NCBI GenBank assembly: GCA_965652295.1 | Contig: CBFGTS010000015.1 | Span: 1-64,000 of the forward strand | Direction: 5' to 3' | Length of the DNA stretch: 64,000 bases | Origin: an uncultured Haloferula sp. | Lineage (GTDB): Bacteria; Verrucomicrobiota; Verrucomicrobiia; Verrucomicrobiales; Akkermansiaceae | In this document: piece after piece, positions 1 to 8,658 of the stretch | How the letters are laid out: every line of letters starts with the position of its first letter | How positions within the stretch are numbered: the stretch's first letter is position 1 | Translations under genes and position numbers: made by a program | The notes under the pieces: generated by a model | The model's input: the letters and a program-made list of their open reading frames with translations, nothing else | Databases searched by the model: none | What the model was told of the DNA's origin: nothing

Positions 1-770
1 CGCCTGTGGGACTCGGGGAGCGGCAAATGCCTCCTCACCTTCGAGGGGCACAAGGCTTGGGTCGCCTCGGCCGCCTATGCTCCCGACGGCCGGATCATCG
101 TCTCCGCTTCCCACGACGGCACCGTGCGCCTGTGGGACACGGGGAGCGGCAAATGCCTCCTCACCTTCGAGGGACACAAGGGTGGAGTCACCTCGGCCGC
201 CTATGCTCCCGACAGGCGGAGCATCGTCTCCGCAGGCTACGATCGCACCGTGCGCCTGTGGGACTCGGGGAGCGGCAAATGCCTCCTCACCTTCGAGGGG
301 CACAAGGCTTGGGTCGCCTCGGCCGCCTATGCTCCCGACGGCCGGACCATCGTCTCCGCAGGCCACGACCGCACCGTGCGCCTGTGGGACTCGGGGAGCG
401 GCAAATGCCTCCTCACCTTCGAGGGCCACGAGGGTGGGGTCGCCTCGGCCGCCTATGCTCCCGACGGCCGGATCATCGTCTCCGCAGGCGACGACGGCAC
501 CGTGCGCCTGTGGGACTCGGGGAGCGGCAAATGCCTCCTCACCTTCGAGGGGCACAAGGCTTGGGTCGCCTCGGCCGCCTATGCTCCCGACGGCCGGATC
601 ATCGTCTCCGCTTCCCACGACGGCACCGTGCGCCTGTGGGACACGGGGAGCGGCAAATGCCTCCTCACCTTCGAGGGCCACGAGGGCTGGGTCACGTCGG
701 CCGCCTTTTCTCCCGACGGGCGGACCATCGTCTCTGCAGGCTACGACGGCACCGTACGCCTGTGGGATAC
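1..770 (+). repeat. 126-bp tandem repeat, 6 full units plus start of a 7th
   Basis: Units start CGCCTGTGGGA at 1, 127, 253, 379, 505, 631, 757; units 1 and 5 read identical. Confidence 0.95.
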
Positions 771-978
771 CGAATCAGGCGAGGAGCGGTTTGCCATGGT
801 CGGCCATAAGCTCGATTCATCAGCCTGTGTCGTCTTTCGAGAGAGGCGCATCGTCTGGGCTGAAAGGAACGCGTGGCGGCACCTCGTTTGGATGCTTCCG
901 CCCAACGATGGTGAAACCTATCCCACTCCGGTCCCCGGCGACTACTTCCAAGAATTCCCCATCGGCTTGGATTCCTAA
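1..978 (+). CDS. WD40-repeat protein, C-terminal part (5' end outside window); HET-E-like highly conserved repeats
   Basis: Frame 1 is open from base 1 (RLWDSGSGKCLLTFEGH...) to TAA at 976-978; 42-aa GH...WD repeats. Confidence 0.93.
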   Translation, partial: RLWDSGSGKCLLTFEGHKAWVASAAYAPDGRIIVSASHDGTVRLWDTGSGKCLLTFEGHKGGVTSAAYAPDRRSIVSAGYDRTVRLWDSGSGKCLLTFEGHKAWVASAAYAPDGRTIVSAGHDRTVRLWDSGSGKCLLTFEGHEGGVASAAYAPDGRIIVSAGDDGTVRLWDSGSGKCLLTFEGHKAWVASAAYAPDGRIIVSASHDGTVRLWDTGSGKCLLTFEGHEGWVTSAAFSPDGRTIVSAGYDGTVRLWDTESGEERFAMVGHKLDSSACVVFRERRIVWAERNAWRHLVWMLPPNDGETYPTPVPGDYFQEFPIGLDS

Positions 979-990
979 CCCTTCACCCCC

Positions 991-1254
991 ATGGGCCCTG
1001 ACCTTGTTTCGAAACGTTGGATCGTTCTGAAGGGAATCCTCTTCGCCCTCCTTGCCACGCTCTCAGGGATTCAGATCGTCTTCGCCGAGCTGCTGAGCTG
1101 GCAAAGGGCGGCGGTCCTGTTCATCTGCCTTTGGGCGGCTTGTCGGTTCTACTATTTTCTCTTCCACGTTCTCCACGCCTACGTGGACCCGAGCCTGCCG
1201 AGCGCGGGGGTGATCGATTTGCTGAAGCGTCTGGCCGTGCGACGGAAGTCGTGA
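991..1254 (+). CDS. Small membrane protein, unknown function
   Basis: 87-aa ORF starting 12 nt after the WD40 stop; two hydrophobic segments. Confidence 0.7.
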   Translation: MGPDLVSKRWIVLKGILFALLATLSGIQIVFAELLSWQRAAVLFICLWAACRFYYFLFHVLHAYVDPSLPSAGVIDLLKRLAVRRKS

Positions 1255-1498
1255 GGGTTGGAAGAAGGATAGGGCCGCGGATTTCGCAGATGGTTTCTTG
1301 AATCGATTTTAAATAGGAATCCCGGAAACGAGGTCTCTTGGTAGAAGCAAATCCTAGGGAGATCAGGGTCAGCCCTGACGGCGCAAGGCAATGCGGATGC
1401 TGGCATCGGATCTTCTTCCGCTCGTTCGATTCGTTTTCGTCAGAGTGCCTCCGGGACGAGGCGAGACCGATGTGACAATCGGCGCTCCATTTGAAGGT

Positions 1499-1589
1499 GA
1501 GGCAGCCCTTCAGGCTGCTTTGGTGTTTTGTTAGGGTGCCGACCCAGCACGTTGCCCTGGGCTATGGTGAGGCCGGGCTTTCAGCCCGC
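1499..1589. repeat. REP/MITE-like multi-hairpin element
   Basis: Hairpins GCAGCCCTTCAGGCTGC, CCCAG...CTGGG, CGGGCTTTCAGCCCG. Confidence 0.55.
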
Positions 1590-1650
1590 TCTACTTTTCC
1601 GGCACCCGCGATTCACCACACCATCTCCGATTCCCGATTTCGTATTGGCA

Positions 1651-1754
1651 ACGTCCTCCAACGTCCTCCAACGCCCTCCGCCGCCCTCCGCCGCCCTCCG
1701 CCGCCCTCCGCCGCCCTCCGCCGCCCTCGATCTACCATCCACCATCCAAGATCC
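1651..1754. repeat. Decamer tandem repeat (ACGTCCTCCA x2 grading into CCGCCCTCCG x~5) followed by CCATCCA-type heptamers
   Basis: Read directly downstream of the hemL stop. Confidence 0.9.
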
Positions 1755-1773
1755 GTGACCCGCCACCACCGGC

Positions 1774-3060
1774 TCAAATCCTTGCCAGCACCTCCCCGAA
1801 CACGCTGAGGGTGTCATCGAGATCCGCCTCGGTGTGGGCAAGGGAGAGGAAGCCGGTTTCGTAGGGGCTGGGGGCGAGGTAGATGCCTTTGTCGAGGCAG
1901 CCCCAGAAGAACTTCCGGAAGAACTCGAGGTCCTGCTTCATGACGTCGGAGACGTTGATGATGTCGCGGTCGGTGAAGAACAGGCAGAACATGGAGCCGA
2001 CGCGGTTGAGGCGGTGGGGCACGCCTTTTTCGGCCAGCAGGGTGCGGAGGCCAGATTCGAAATGAGCACCGAGTTGCTCGAGGCGCGGAAAGCCGGATGG
2101 CTTTGCGAGTTCCTTGAGCTGGGCGAGACCGGCGGCCATGGCGAGGGGGTTGCCGCTGAGGGTGCCGGCTTGATAAACGGGGCCGACGGGGGCGAGCAGG
2201 TCCATGACGTCGGCGCGGCCGCCGAAGGCTCCGACGGGCAGGCCGCCGCCGATGACTTTGCCGAAACAACTGAGGTCGGGGGTGATGCCTTCGAGGCCCT
2301 GGACCCCGGCCTTGCCGAGACGGAAACCGGTCATGACTTCGTCGAAGATGAGCAGCGCGCCGTGCTTTTTGGTGATCGAGCAGAGGAGGTCGAGGTAGCC
2401 GGGCTTCGGGAAAACAAGGCCGGCGTTGGCGGGGTAGGACTCGACGATGATGGCGGCGATGAGTTCGCCCTTCTCCTCGAACAACGCGGTGAGCGCATCG
2501 GGGTCGTTGTAGGGAAGGACGAGGGTGTTCCGCGCGAAATCGGCGGGGACGCCGGCGGAGTCGGGCTCGCCATGAGTGAGCGCGCCGGAGCCGGCGGCGA
2601 CGAGCAGCGAATCACTATGGCCGTGGTAGCAGCCGTCGAATTTCACGATCAGATCGCGCTTGGTGAAGCCGCGGGCGAGGCGAATGGCGGACATGGTCGC
2701 CTCGGTGCCGGAGTTGCACATGCGGACCTTTTCCACGGACGGGACCCACTGGGTGATGGTCCGGGCCATCTCGACCTCGAAGGGGTTCGGGATGCCGAAG
2801 GAAATGCCGTCCTTGGCGACTTCGTGGATGGTGTTGGTGATGACCGTGGGCGCGTGGCCGAGGATGTTCGGGCCCCAGGAGCCGATGTAGTCGATGTAGT
2901 GTTTGCCATCGACGTCCTCGATGCGGCTGCCCTTGGCGCGGCGGACGAAGAACGGCTCGCCGCCGACGTTGCGGAAGGCGCGGACGGGCGAATTGACCCC
3001 GCCGGGGATGAAGTTCTTGGCGGTGGCGAAGAGTTTCTGCGAAAGCGGGCCGACGGACAT
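1774..3060 (-). CDS. hemL: Glutamate-1-semialdehyde 2,1-aminomutase
   Basis: PGGVNSPVRAF, NSGTEATM, FDEVMTGFR, GKVIGGGLP, QAGTLSGNP; start set at MSVGPLS (ATG 3060). Confidence 0.97.
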   Translation of the reverse strand: MSVGPLSQKLFATAKNFIPGGVNSPVRAFRNVGGEPFFVRRAKGSRIEDVDGKHYIDYIGSWGPNILGHAPTVITNTIHEVAKDGISFGIPNPFEVEMARTITQWVPSVEKVRMCNSGTEATMSAIRLARGFTKRDLIVKFDGCYHGHSDSLLVAAGSGALTHGEPDSAGVPADFARNTLVLPYNDPDALTALFEEKGELIAAIIVESYPANAGLVFPKPGYLDLLCSITKKHGALLIFDEVMTGFRLGKAGVQGLEGITPDLSCFGKVIGGGLPVGAFGGRADVMDLLAPVGPVYQAGTLSGNPLAMAAGLAQLKELAKPSGFPRLEQLGAHFESGLRTLLAEKGVPHRLNRVGSMFCLFFTDRDIINVSDVMKQDLEFFRKFFWGCLDKGIYLAPSPYETGFLSLAHTEADLDDTLSVFGEVLARI

Positions 3061-3157
3061 GCGAGCAGTCTGGATCGCGGCCGACGGATCGTCCAATGCC
3101 GGATTTGCTTCGTTTTCCCCTGACAGACGGGATCGGGTGACCACGTTTGCGGGCGTG

Positions 3158-5314
3158 ATGAAACGTTTCCCGATCGCCCTGCTGGCGAGCCTTTTCCTGA
3201 CGAGTCCGGTCGTATGGGCGGAGCACGGTGGCTTGGAGCCATTCGAAGCATTGACCGGCAAATGGTTCGAGGTCGCCCAGACGGCGGTGCCCGACGAATC
3301 GGTGCGGGTGGTGTTTTCTCCGGATGACTCGGTGGTGGTGCACGAACAAACGCTCGCAGAAGGAAAGCGGCTGGTGGTGCGGACGGCGGAAACGGGGGAA
3401 GTGGTGAGGGTGGTCGATCCCGGCGAGGACTGGACGGGCTTCCGGGTGGAGGACGGCGGCGAGCTGGTCCTGGAGACCGAGGAGGGCGAGAAGCGCTGGG
3501 ACGATGGCCGCTGGGGAGATCCGCAGAAAGTGGAGCGTCCGCGGCGCGAGCGACCGGATCGCCGACAGCGTGGGCCGCGGGGTTCATGGACCTCGCCGGA
3601 CGGAAGATTCGAGGTGCGGGTCAAAGACGGCGACCTGCTCCTGAACGAGCGGGATGGCGAAGAGCGAATGCTGGCGGCGGATGACGACCAGGGCGTCTAC
3701 CGCGATCCGCCGGTGTGGGCAGCGGACGGCTCTCGCTTCGCGATCTGGAAAACCCGGGATGTGCCCGAGCGCCAGGTCCACTACATCGACTCCGCACCCG
3801 ACGGGCAGCTCCAGCCGAAGCATTTCACGCGGGATTATCCGAAACCGGGCGACGAAATCGACACGCGGGCGGCGTGGGTGTTCTTCACCGACGACCGCGA
3901 CCCGATCGAGCCGGATCTTTCCCTGATCGAGAACCCCTATGAGTGCCGCGCGCTGACCTGGCGGAAGGACTCGAAGCGGGTGACCTTCGAGTTCATCGAG
4001 CGCGGATTCGGCAAGCACCGGGTGATCGAAATCGACAGCGAGACGCGCCAGCAGCGGGTGCTGGTCAACGAGGAGAGCGACACCTTTGTGTTCGTCTACG
4101 GCAACTCCTACCGGCGGGACCTCGACGACGGCGAGGAGATCCTCTGGATGTCCGAGCGCGATGGCTGGAAGCACCTCTACCTGCTCGATGGTCGGGACGG
4201 CTCGGTGAAACGCCAGCTCACGAAAGGCGCGTGGATCGTCCGCGAGATGGTCGAGGTGGATGAGGAAAAACGCGAGGTCCTGCTCAAGATCGCGGGCCGT
4301 GAGGAGGGGCAGGATCCCTATTTCATCCACTTCGCGCGGGTTTCGGTCGATACCGGCGAAATGGTGCCGCTGACCTCGGCGAATGGCACCCATGACCGCT
4401 TCGAGCGGTCGCCCGGGGGCAACTACTACACCTGCCGTTGGTCGCGGGTGGATCACGCGCCGGTGACCGAGCTGCGGCGGTGGTCGGACGGCTCCTTGGT
4501 CGCCGTGCTGGCGGAGGCGGACGATTCCGCATTGCGGAAAACCGGCTGGCCTCTTGCGGAGCCTTTCATGGCGAAAGACCGCGAAGGAAAATTCGACATC
4601 TGGGGAATCATCGTCCGCCCACCGGACTTCGATCCGGGAAAGAAGTATCCGGTGGTCGAGGCGATCTATGCCGGGCCGCAGGACTCGTTCGTGCCGAAAG
4701 CCTGGCGGCCCTGGATCGCACCGATGCATGAGGTGGCGGTACACGGATTCATCGTGGTGAAGATCGATGGCCGCGGCACCGCCAATCGCAGCCGCGAGTT
4801 CCACCATTTCTGCTACAAGAACCTCAAGGACGCGGGCTTCCCCGACCGGATCGCCTGGATGAAAGCGGCGGCCGGGAAGGTGACGGCAATGGATCTGTCA
4901 CGGGTCGGGATTTTCGGCGGCTCGGCCGGCGGCCAGAATGCGGTGGGCGCGCTGCTGTTCCATGGCGATTTCTACAAGGCGGCCGTGGCCGACTGTGGCT
5001 GCCACGACAACCGCATGGACAAGATGTGGTGGAATGAGCAGTGGATGGACTGGCCGGTCGGCCCGGAATACGAGGACCAGTCGAACGTCACCCACGCCAG
5101 GAACCTCCAAGGGGCGCTGCTGCTGACGGTGGGTGAGTTGGATACGAACGTCGATCCGGCATCGACCTACCAAGTCATCGACGCGTTGATCGAGGCCGAC
5201 AAGGACTTCGAATTCCTGCCGATGACCGGGAAGAACCACGGCTCCGGCGAAACCCGCTACGCCCAACGGCGACGCGTCAATTTCTTCCAGCGCCACCTCG
5301 GCGGGCCGAGATAG
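3158..5314 (+). CDS. Secreted S9 (DPP-IV/prolyl oligopeptidase) family peptidase
   Basis: Signal-like N-terminus MKRFPIALL; YPKPGD, IYAGP, nucleophile GGSAGG, DTNV and terminal His motifs. Confidence 0.92.
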   Translation: MKRFPIALLASLFLTSPVVWAEHGGLEPFEALTGKWFEVAQTAVPDESVRVVFSPDDSVVVHEQTLAEGKRLVVRTAETGEVVRVVDPGEDWTGFRVEDGGELVLETEEGEKRWDDGRWGDPQKVERPRRERPDRRQRGPRGSWTSPDGRFEVRVKDGDLLLNERDGEERMLAADDDQGVYRDPPVWAADGSRFAIWKTRDVPERQVHYIDSAPDGQLQPKHFTRDYPKPGDEIDTRAAWVFFTDDRDPIEPDLSLIENPYECRALTWRKDSKRVTFEFIERGFGKHRVIEIDSETRQQRVLVNEESDTFVFVYGNSYRRDLDDGEEILWMSERDGWKHLYLLDGRDGSVKRQLTKGAWIVREMVEVDEEKREVLLKIAGREEGQDPYFIHFARVSVDTGEMVPLTSANGTHDRFERSPGGNYYTCRWSRVDHAPVTELRRWSDGSLVAVLAEADDSALRKTGWPLAEPFMAKDREGKFDIWGIIVRPPDFDPGKKYPVVEAIYAGPQDSFVPKAWRPWIAPMHEVAVHGFIVVKIDGRGTANRSREFHHFCYKNLKDAGFPDRIAWMKAAAGKVTAMDLSRVGIFGGSAGGQNAVGALLFHGDFYKAAVADCGCHDNRMDKMWWNEQWMDWPVGPEYEDQSNVTHARNLQGALLLTVGELDTNVDPASTYQVIDALIEADKDFEFLPMTGKNHGSGETRYAQRRRVNFFQRHLGGPR

Positions 5315-5320
5315 CGTCCG

Positions 5321-5473
5321 TCAGAGGATGAAGAAGACGATGGCGAGAATCACGAAAATGATCAGCAGGATCTTCGCAATGCCCGCGAATTGAGAGGCGA
5401 TGCCGCCAAAGCCGAAGATGGCGGCAATGAGCGCGAGAACGGCGAAGACGATGGCGAGGGTGGCGAGGTCCAT
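5321..5473 (-). CDS. DUF1328/UPF0391 (YtjA-like) small membrane protein
   Basis: [13 protein letters not shown]...AGIAKIL signature; 50 aa from MDLATL. Confidence 0.88.
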   Translation of the reverse strand: MDLATLAIVFAVLALIAAIFGFGGIASQFAGIAKILLIIFVILAIVFFIL

Positions 5474-5723
5474 GGTTTTAGTGGTCGGGTTGGGTCGATG
5501 AGATCGACGAGGGAGACTCTCGCAGAAGCAGTGCCATGGCGGATTTCCCGGCCTTAAAGCCACCTGCCGCGCTGGAGCCCCCCACGAACCGTGCCGAATG
5601 CACGCAAAGCCGAATCCCCACGTGCGATCTGCGGTTTCCTGAGACGGGCCTTGAATAGAAGGCGGGCGGAGGAGGTCCCATCCTTGGCTTCAAATTCGAT
5701 TTCTACCGGCTATGTTCACCACC

Positions 5724-6431
5724 ATGAGAATCCACCTCGCCGTTCTGCTGCTGGCGCTGCCGTGCCTGCATGCCGAGTCGAAGCGCTCGCTTCTCGATTC
5801 CGACCCGGAAGTCGTTTATCTGGAAGAGCACCTCGACCGGCCGCTGAAGCTCTGGATCGTCAAGGCCGCGCCCATTTTCAGCGACAAGACGGGCAAGCGT
5901 CGGCTGGGCTCCGTGCTGCCCGACCAGCAGGTGGAAATCCAGGCAATCACCGAGCGGGCCTACCGGGTGAGCGCGAAGACGGGCGGAAACAAGACGATCG
6001 GCTGGGTCGGCAGTGGCGCGTTCGCCTCGAAGAAAGATCCCGATTTCGAGAAACACCTCGCCCAGTTCTACGAGCGGCAGATGGAGGTGAGCCGGCTCAT
6101 CGCCGAGAAGCGCGCGGCGATTGGGATGACCCTCGCCGAAGTCGCGAAGGCGCTGGGCGAGCCGACAAAAACCAAGGTGCGCCAGACCGCGGAGGGTCGC
6201 TCGGGCACATGGGAGTTCGTGGATTACGAAGAGGTGAAGCATTACACCTACAGCCGCGATCCTTACACGGGCCATGTTTTCCGCCGCCTCTCGCATGTCA
6301 CGCGCGAGGAAAAAGGCCGTACCAACATCGAGTTCGAGAACGAGATCGTCACGGTCATCGAACAGAGCGAGAGCAAGGAGGGTAGCGGCCGGGTGAAGAT
6401 CGTCGTGCCTCCGTTGGTATTCGGTTGGTGA
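5724..6431 (+). CDS. Exported hypothetical protein (SH3-like segment plus BamE/SmpA-like 'GMT..EV...LGEP' segment)
   Basis: Signal-like N-terminus; IGMTLAEVAKALGEP motif; alternative start at 5712. Confidence 0.75.
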   Translation: MRIHLAVLLLALPCLHAESKRSLLDSDPEVVYLEEHLDRPLKLWIVKAAPIFSDKTGKRRLGSVLPDQQVEIQAITERAYRVSAKTGGNKTIGWVGSGAFASKKDPDFEKHLAQFYERQMEVSRLIAEKRAAIGMTLAEVAKALGEPTKTKVRQTAEGRSGTWEFVDYEEVKHYTYSRDPYTGHVFRRLSHVTREEKGRTNIEFENEIVTVIEQSESKEGSGRVKIVVPPLVFGW

Positions 6432-6531
6432 GGGCCTGATCGCGGCTGCTTTCCCTGCCCCACTGCGGGACGATGAAGCGAAGGAAGGCATGGCTTGAGT
6501 GAAGCCCCCGGAGCCCCTCAGGATCGGCCGC

Positions 6532-8436
6532 ATGCCGGAAAGCTTGCTGCGCGAAACATTCGGCCACGCGGGATTCCGCGGCGGCCAGCGGGAGGTGGTC
6601 GAGGGTCTGCTGGGCGGACGCTCGATGCTTGCCGTGTTCCCCACCGGCGGCGGCAAATCCCTCTGCTACCAGCTCCCGGCGCTGATGATCGAAGGTGTGA
6701 CGCTGGTCATCTCCCCCCTCATCGCGCTGATGAAGGACCAGGTGGACGCCCTGCGCGCACGCGGGGTCGGCGCGGCGAGGCTCGATTCTTCGCTGAGCCA
6801 GGAGGAATACGCCGGGGTGATGGACGGGCTGCGGGATGGCTCGGTGAAGCTGCTCTACGTCGCTCCGGAACGGCTGGCGAACGAGGGTTTCCGCCAGCGG
6901 CTGGGGCGGATGAAAATCGGCATGGTGGCGATCGATGAGGCCCACTGTATTTCCGAGTGGGGCCACAATTTTCGCCCCGACTACCTGAAGCTCGCCAAGC
7001 TCTGCCGCGACCTCCGGGTGCCGCGCGTGCTGGGCCTGACGGCCACCGCCACGCCCTCGGTGGCGGCCGACATCCGGCGCGAGTTCGGGATCGCCGGGGA
7101 CGATCACATCCAGCTCTCCTTCCACCGTGAAAACCTCGATCTCCGCATCACGCCGGTGACGGCGGGGGAGCGGAAGGCTCGGCTGTTGGAGAGGGTCCGG
7201 GCGACGGAAGGCGCGGCCATCGTTTACGTCACGCTCCAGCACACCGCCGAAGATGTGGCGACGTATCTCAAGCGCCACGGCGAGTCGGCCCAGGCCTACC
7301 ACGCCGGCCTTCCGCCGGAGTTCCGGGTCGAGGCCCAGGAGAAATTCATGCGCGGCGAGGTGCGCATCATCGTCGCGACGATCGCTTTCGGCATGGGCAT
7401 CGACAAGGCGGACATCCGCGCCGTCTTCCACTACAACCTGCCCAAGTCGATCGAGAACTACTCGCAGGAAACCGGCCGGGCCGGACGCGACGGGCGGCCC
7501 TCGGTGTGCGAGATGCTCGCCTGTGGCGACGACCTCGTGACCCTGGAGAACTTCACCTACGGCGACACGCCCACGCCCGAGGCGGTGCGCCATCTCGTCG
7601 ATCACGTGCTGCGGCTCGGTACGGAGTTCGACGTCTCCGTGTACGAACTCTCAACCGTGAACGACATCCGTCCGCTGGTGGTCACCACGCTGCTGACCTA
7701 TCTCGAACTGGAGGGCGTGATCGCGGCGACGAAGCCGTTTTACTCGACCTACTCGGTGAAGCTCCTGCGGGATTTCGAAAAGCTGCTCGCCGGCTACGAT
7801 GCCCGTCGTAAATCATTCCTCAGGAAAATCTTCGCCGCCGCGAAGGAAGGTCGGAGCTGGTTGAACTTCGAGATCGACCGCGTGGCGATGGAAACCGGGG
7901 AGACCCGCGAGCGGATTGTGGCTGCGCTGACCTATCTTGAAGAGGCCGGGGATCTCGCGCTTCGCAAAACCGGCGTGCGCCAGGGCTATCGCCTGCTCCA
8001 GGGCGATGTCCGCGTGCGGGATGTCGCGAACCGCCTCGACGAGCGATTCCGCAAGCGCGAGCAGGCCGACCTTGACCGCCTCCGGGAAGTGGTCGCGCTG
8101 GCGGAGGCCGACGGCTGTCTCACCGCCTTCGTCACCGCTCATTTCGGTGAAACGATCCCGCCCTGCGGCCACTGCGACCGCTGCCGGGGAAAAGCGGCAG
8201 CCCCCCTGCCGCGCGCTGCCGCTCCGGAAGTCACGGCGGAGGATCTGGAGTTGATCCAATCGCTGCGTGAGGAGAACCACGCCGCGCTGAAATCCGCCCG
8301 CCAGCTCACCCGTTTCCTCTGCGGCATCAGCAGCCCGGCGGCACAGAGGGCGAAGCTGACCCGCCACGACGCCTTCGGTCTGCTGGAGCGCGTGGCCTTC
8401 GATGAGGTGCTGACGCTGGCGGAGGACTGGCGGTAG
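6532..8436 (+). CDS. recQ: RecQ family ATP-dependent DNA helicase
   Basis: PTGGGKSLCYQ, DEAHCISEWGHNFRPDY, ATIAFGMGIDK, QETGRAGRDG, CGHCDRC; alternative start at 6499. Confidence 0.95.
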   Translation: MPESLLRETFGHAGFRGGQREVVEGLLGGRSMLAVFPTGGGKSLCYQLPALMIEGVTLVISPLIALMKDQVDALRARGVGAARLDSSLSQEEYAGVMDGLRDGSVKLLYVAPERLANEGFRQRLGRMKIGMVAIDEAHCISEWGHNFRPDYLKLAKLCRDLRVPRVLGLTATATPSVAADIRREFGIAGDDHIQLSFHRENLDLRITPVTAGERKARLLERVRATEGAAIVYVTLQHTAEDVATYLKRHGESAQAYHAGLPPEFRVEAQEKFMRGEVRIIVATIAFGMGIDKADIRAVFHYNLPKSIENYSQETGRAGRDGRPSVCEMLACGDDLVTLENFTYGDTPTPEAVRHLVDHVLRLGTEFDVSVYELSTVNDIRPLVVTTLLTYLELEGVIAATKPFYSTYSVKLLRDFEKLLAGYDARRKSFLRKIFAAAKEGRSWLNFEIDRVAMETGETRERIVAALTYLEEAGDLALRKTGVRQGYRLLQGDVRVRDVANRLDERFRKREQADLDRLREVVALAEADGCLTAFVTAHFGETIPPCGHCDRCRGKAAAPLPRAAAPEVTAEDLELIQSLREENHAALKSARQLTRFLCGISSPAAQRAKLTRHDAFGLLERVAFDEVLTLAEDWR

Positions 8437-8658
8437 CGCGTTCAGGCGCTTCCGCGGACCAGCTCGGACCGTTCCCGGAATTTGAACGACAAGCTTTTCA
8501 GGCAGGCCCCGGGGGCGAAAGCCAGCGTCTGCAACACAAGATCGTAACCCCCGAGGCCCGGGGCGTGATTGGCGTGACCCAGCAGGCGTCCGATGACGAC
8601 CTCCAACGCGCATGCGCTACCTGACCGATATCAGCGAAACTGCCGGAGACGGTGTGGA

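Noticed and set aside
1..770. Regular repeats as a CRISPR array or DGR target
   Set aside because: Units are 126-bp in-frame coding repeats without unique spacers; no cas gene or reverse transcriptase in the window, and variation is not adenine-specific.
6..1030. Alternative-frame ORFs 6..809 and 77..1030
   Set aside because: Stop-free by-products of a repeated GC-rich unit; only frame 1 gives a recognisable protein.
1774..3624. 616-aa extended HemL and other 5'-extended ORF calls (S9 peptidase, prs, rplY, nrdD, cysC, cysD)
   Set aside because: Extensions overlap neighbouring genes and lack family motifs; starts were reset to the first plausible codon.
8495..8655. Possible structured RNA or hammerhead between recQ and the PA14 gene
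   Set aside because: GC hairpins and a GAAAC are present, but no CUGANGA core or recognisable Rfam pattern; an Infernal search would be needed.
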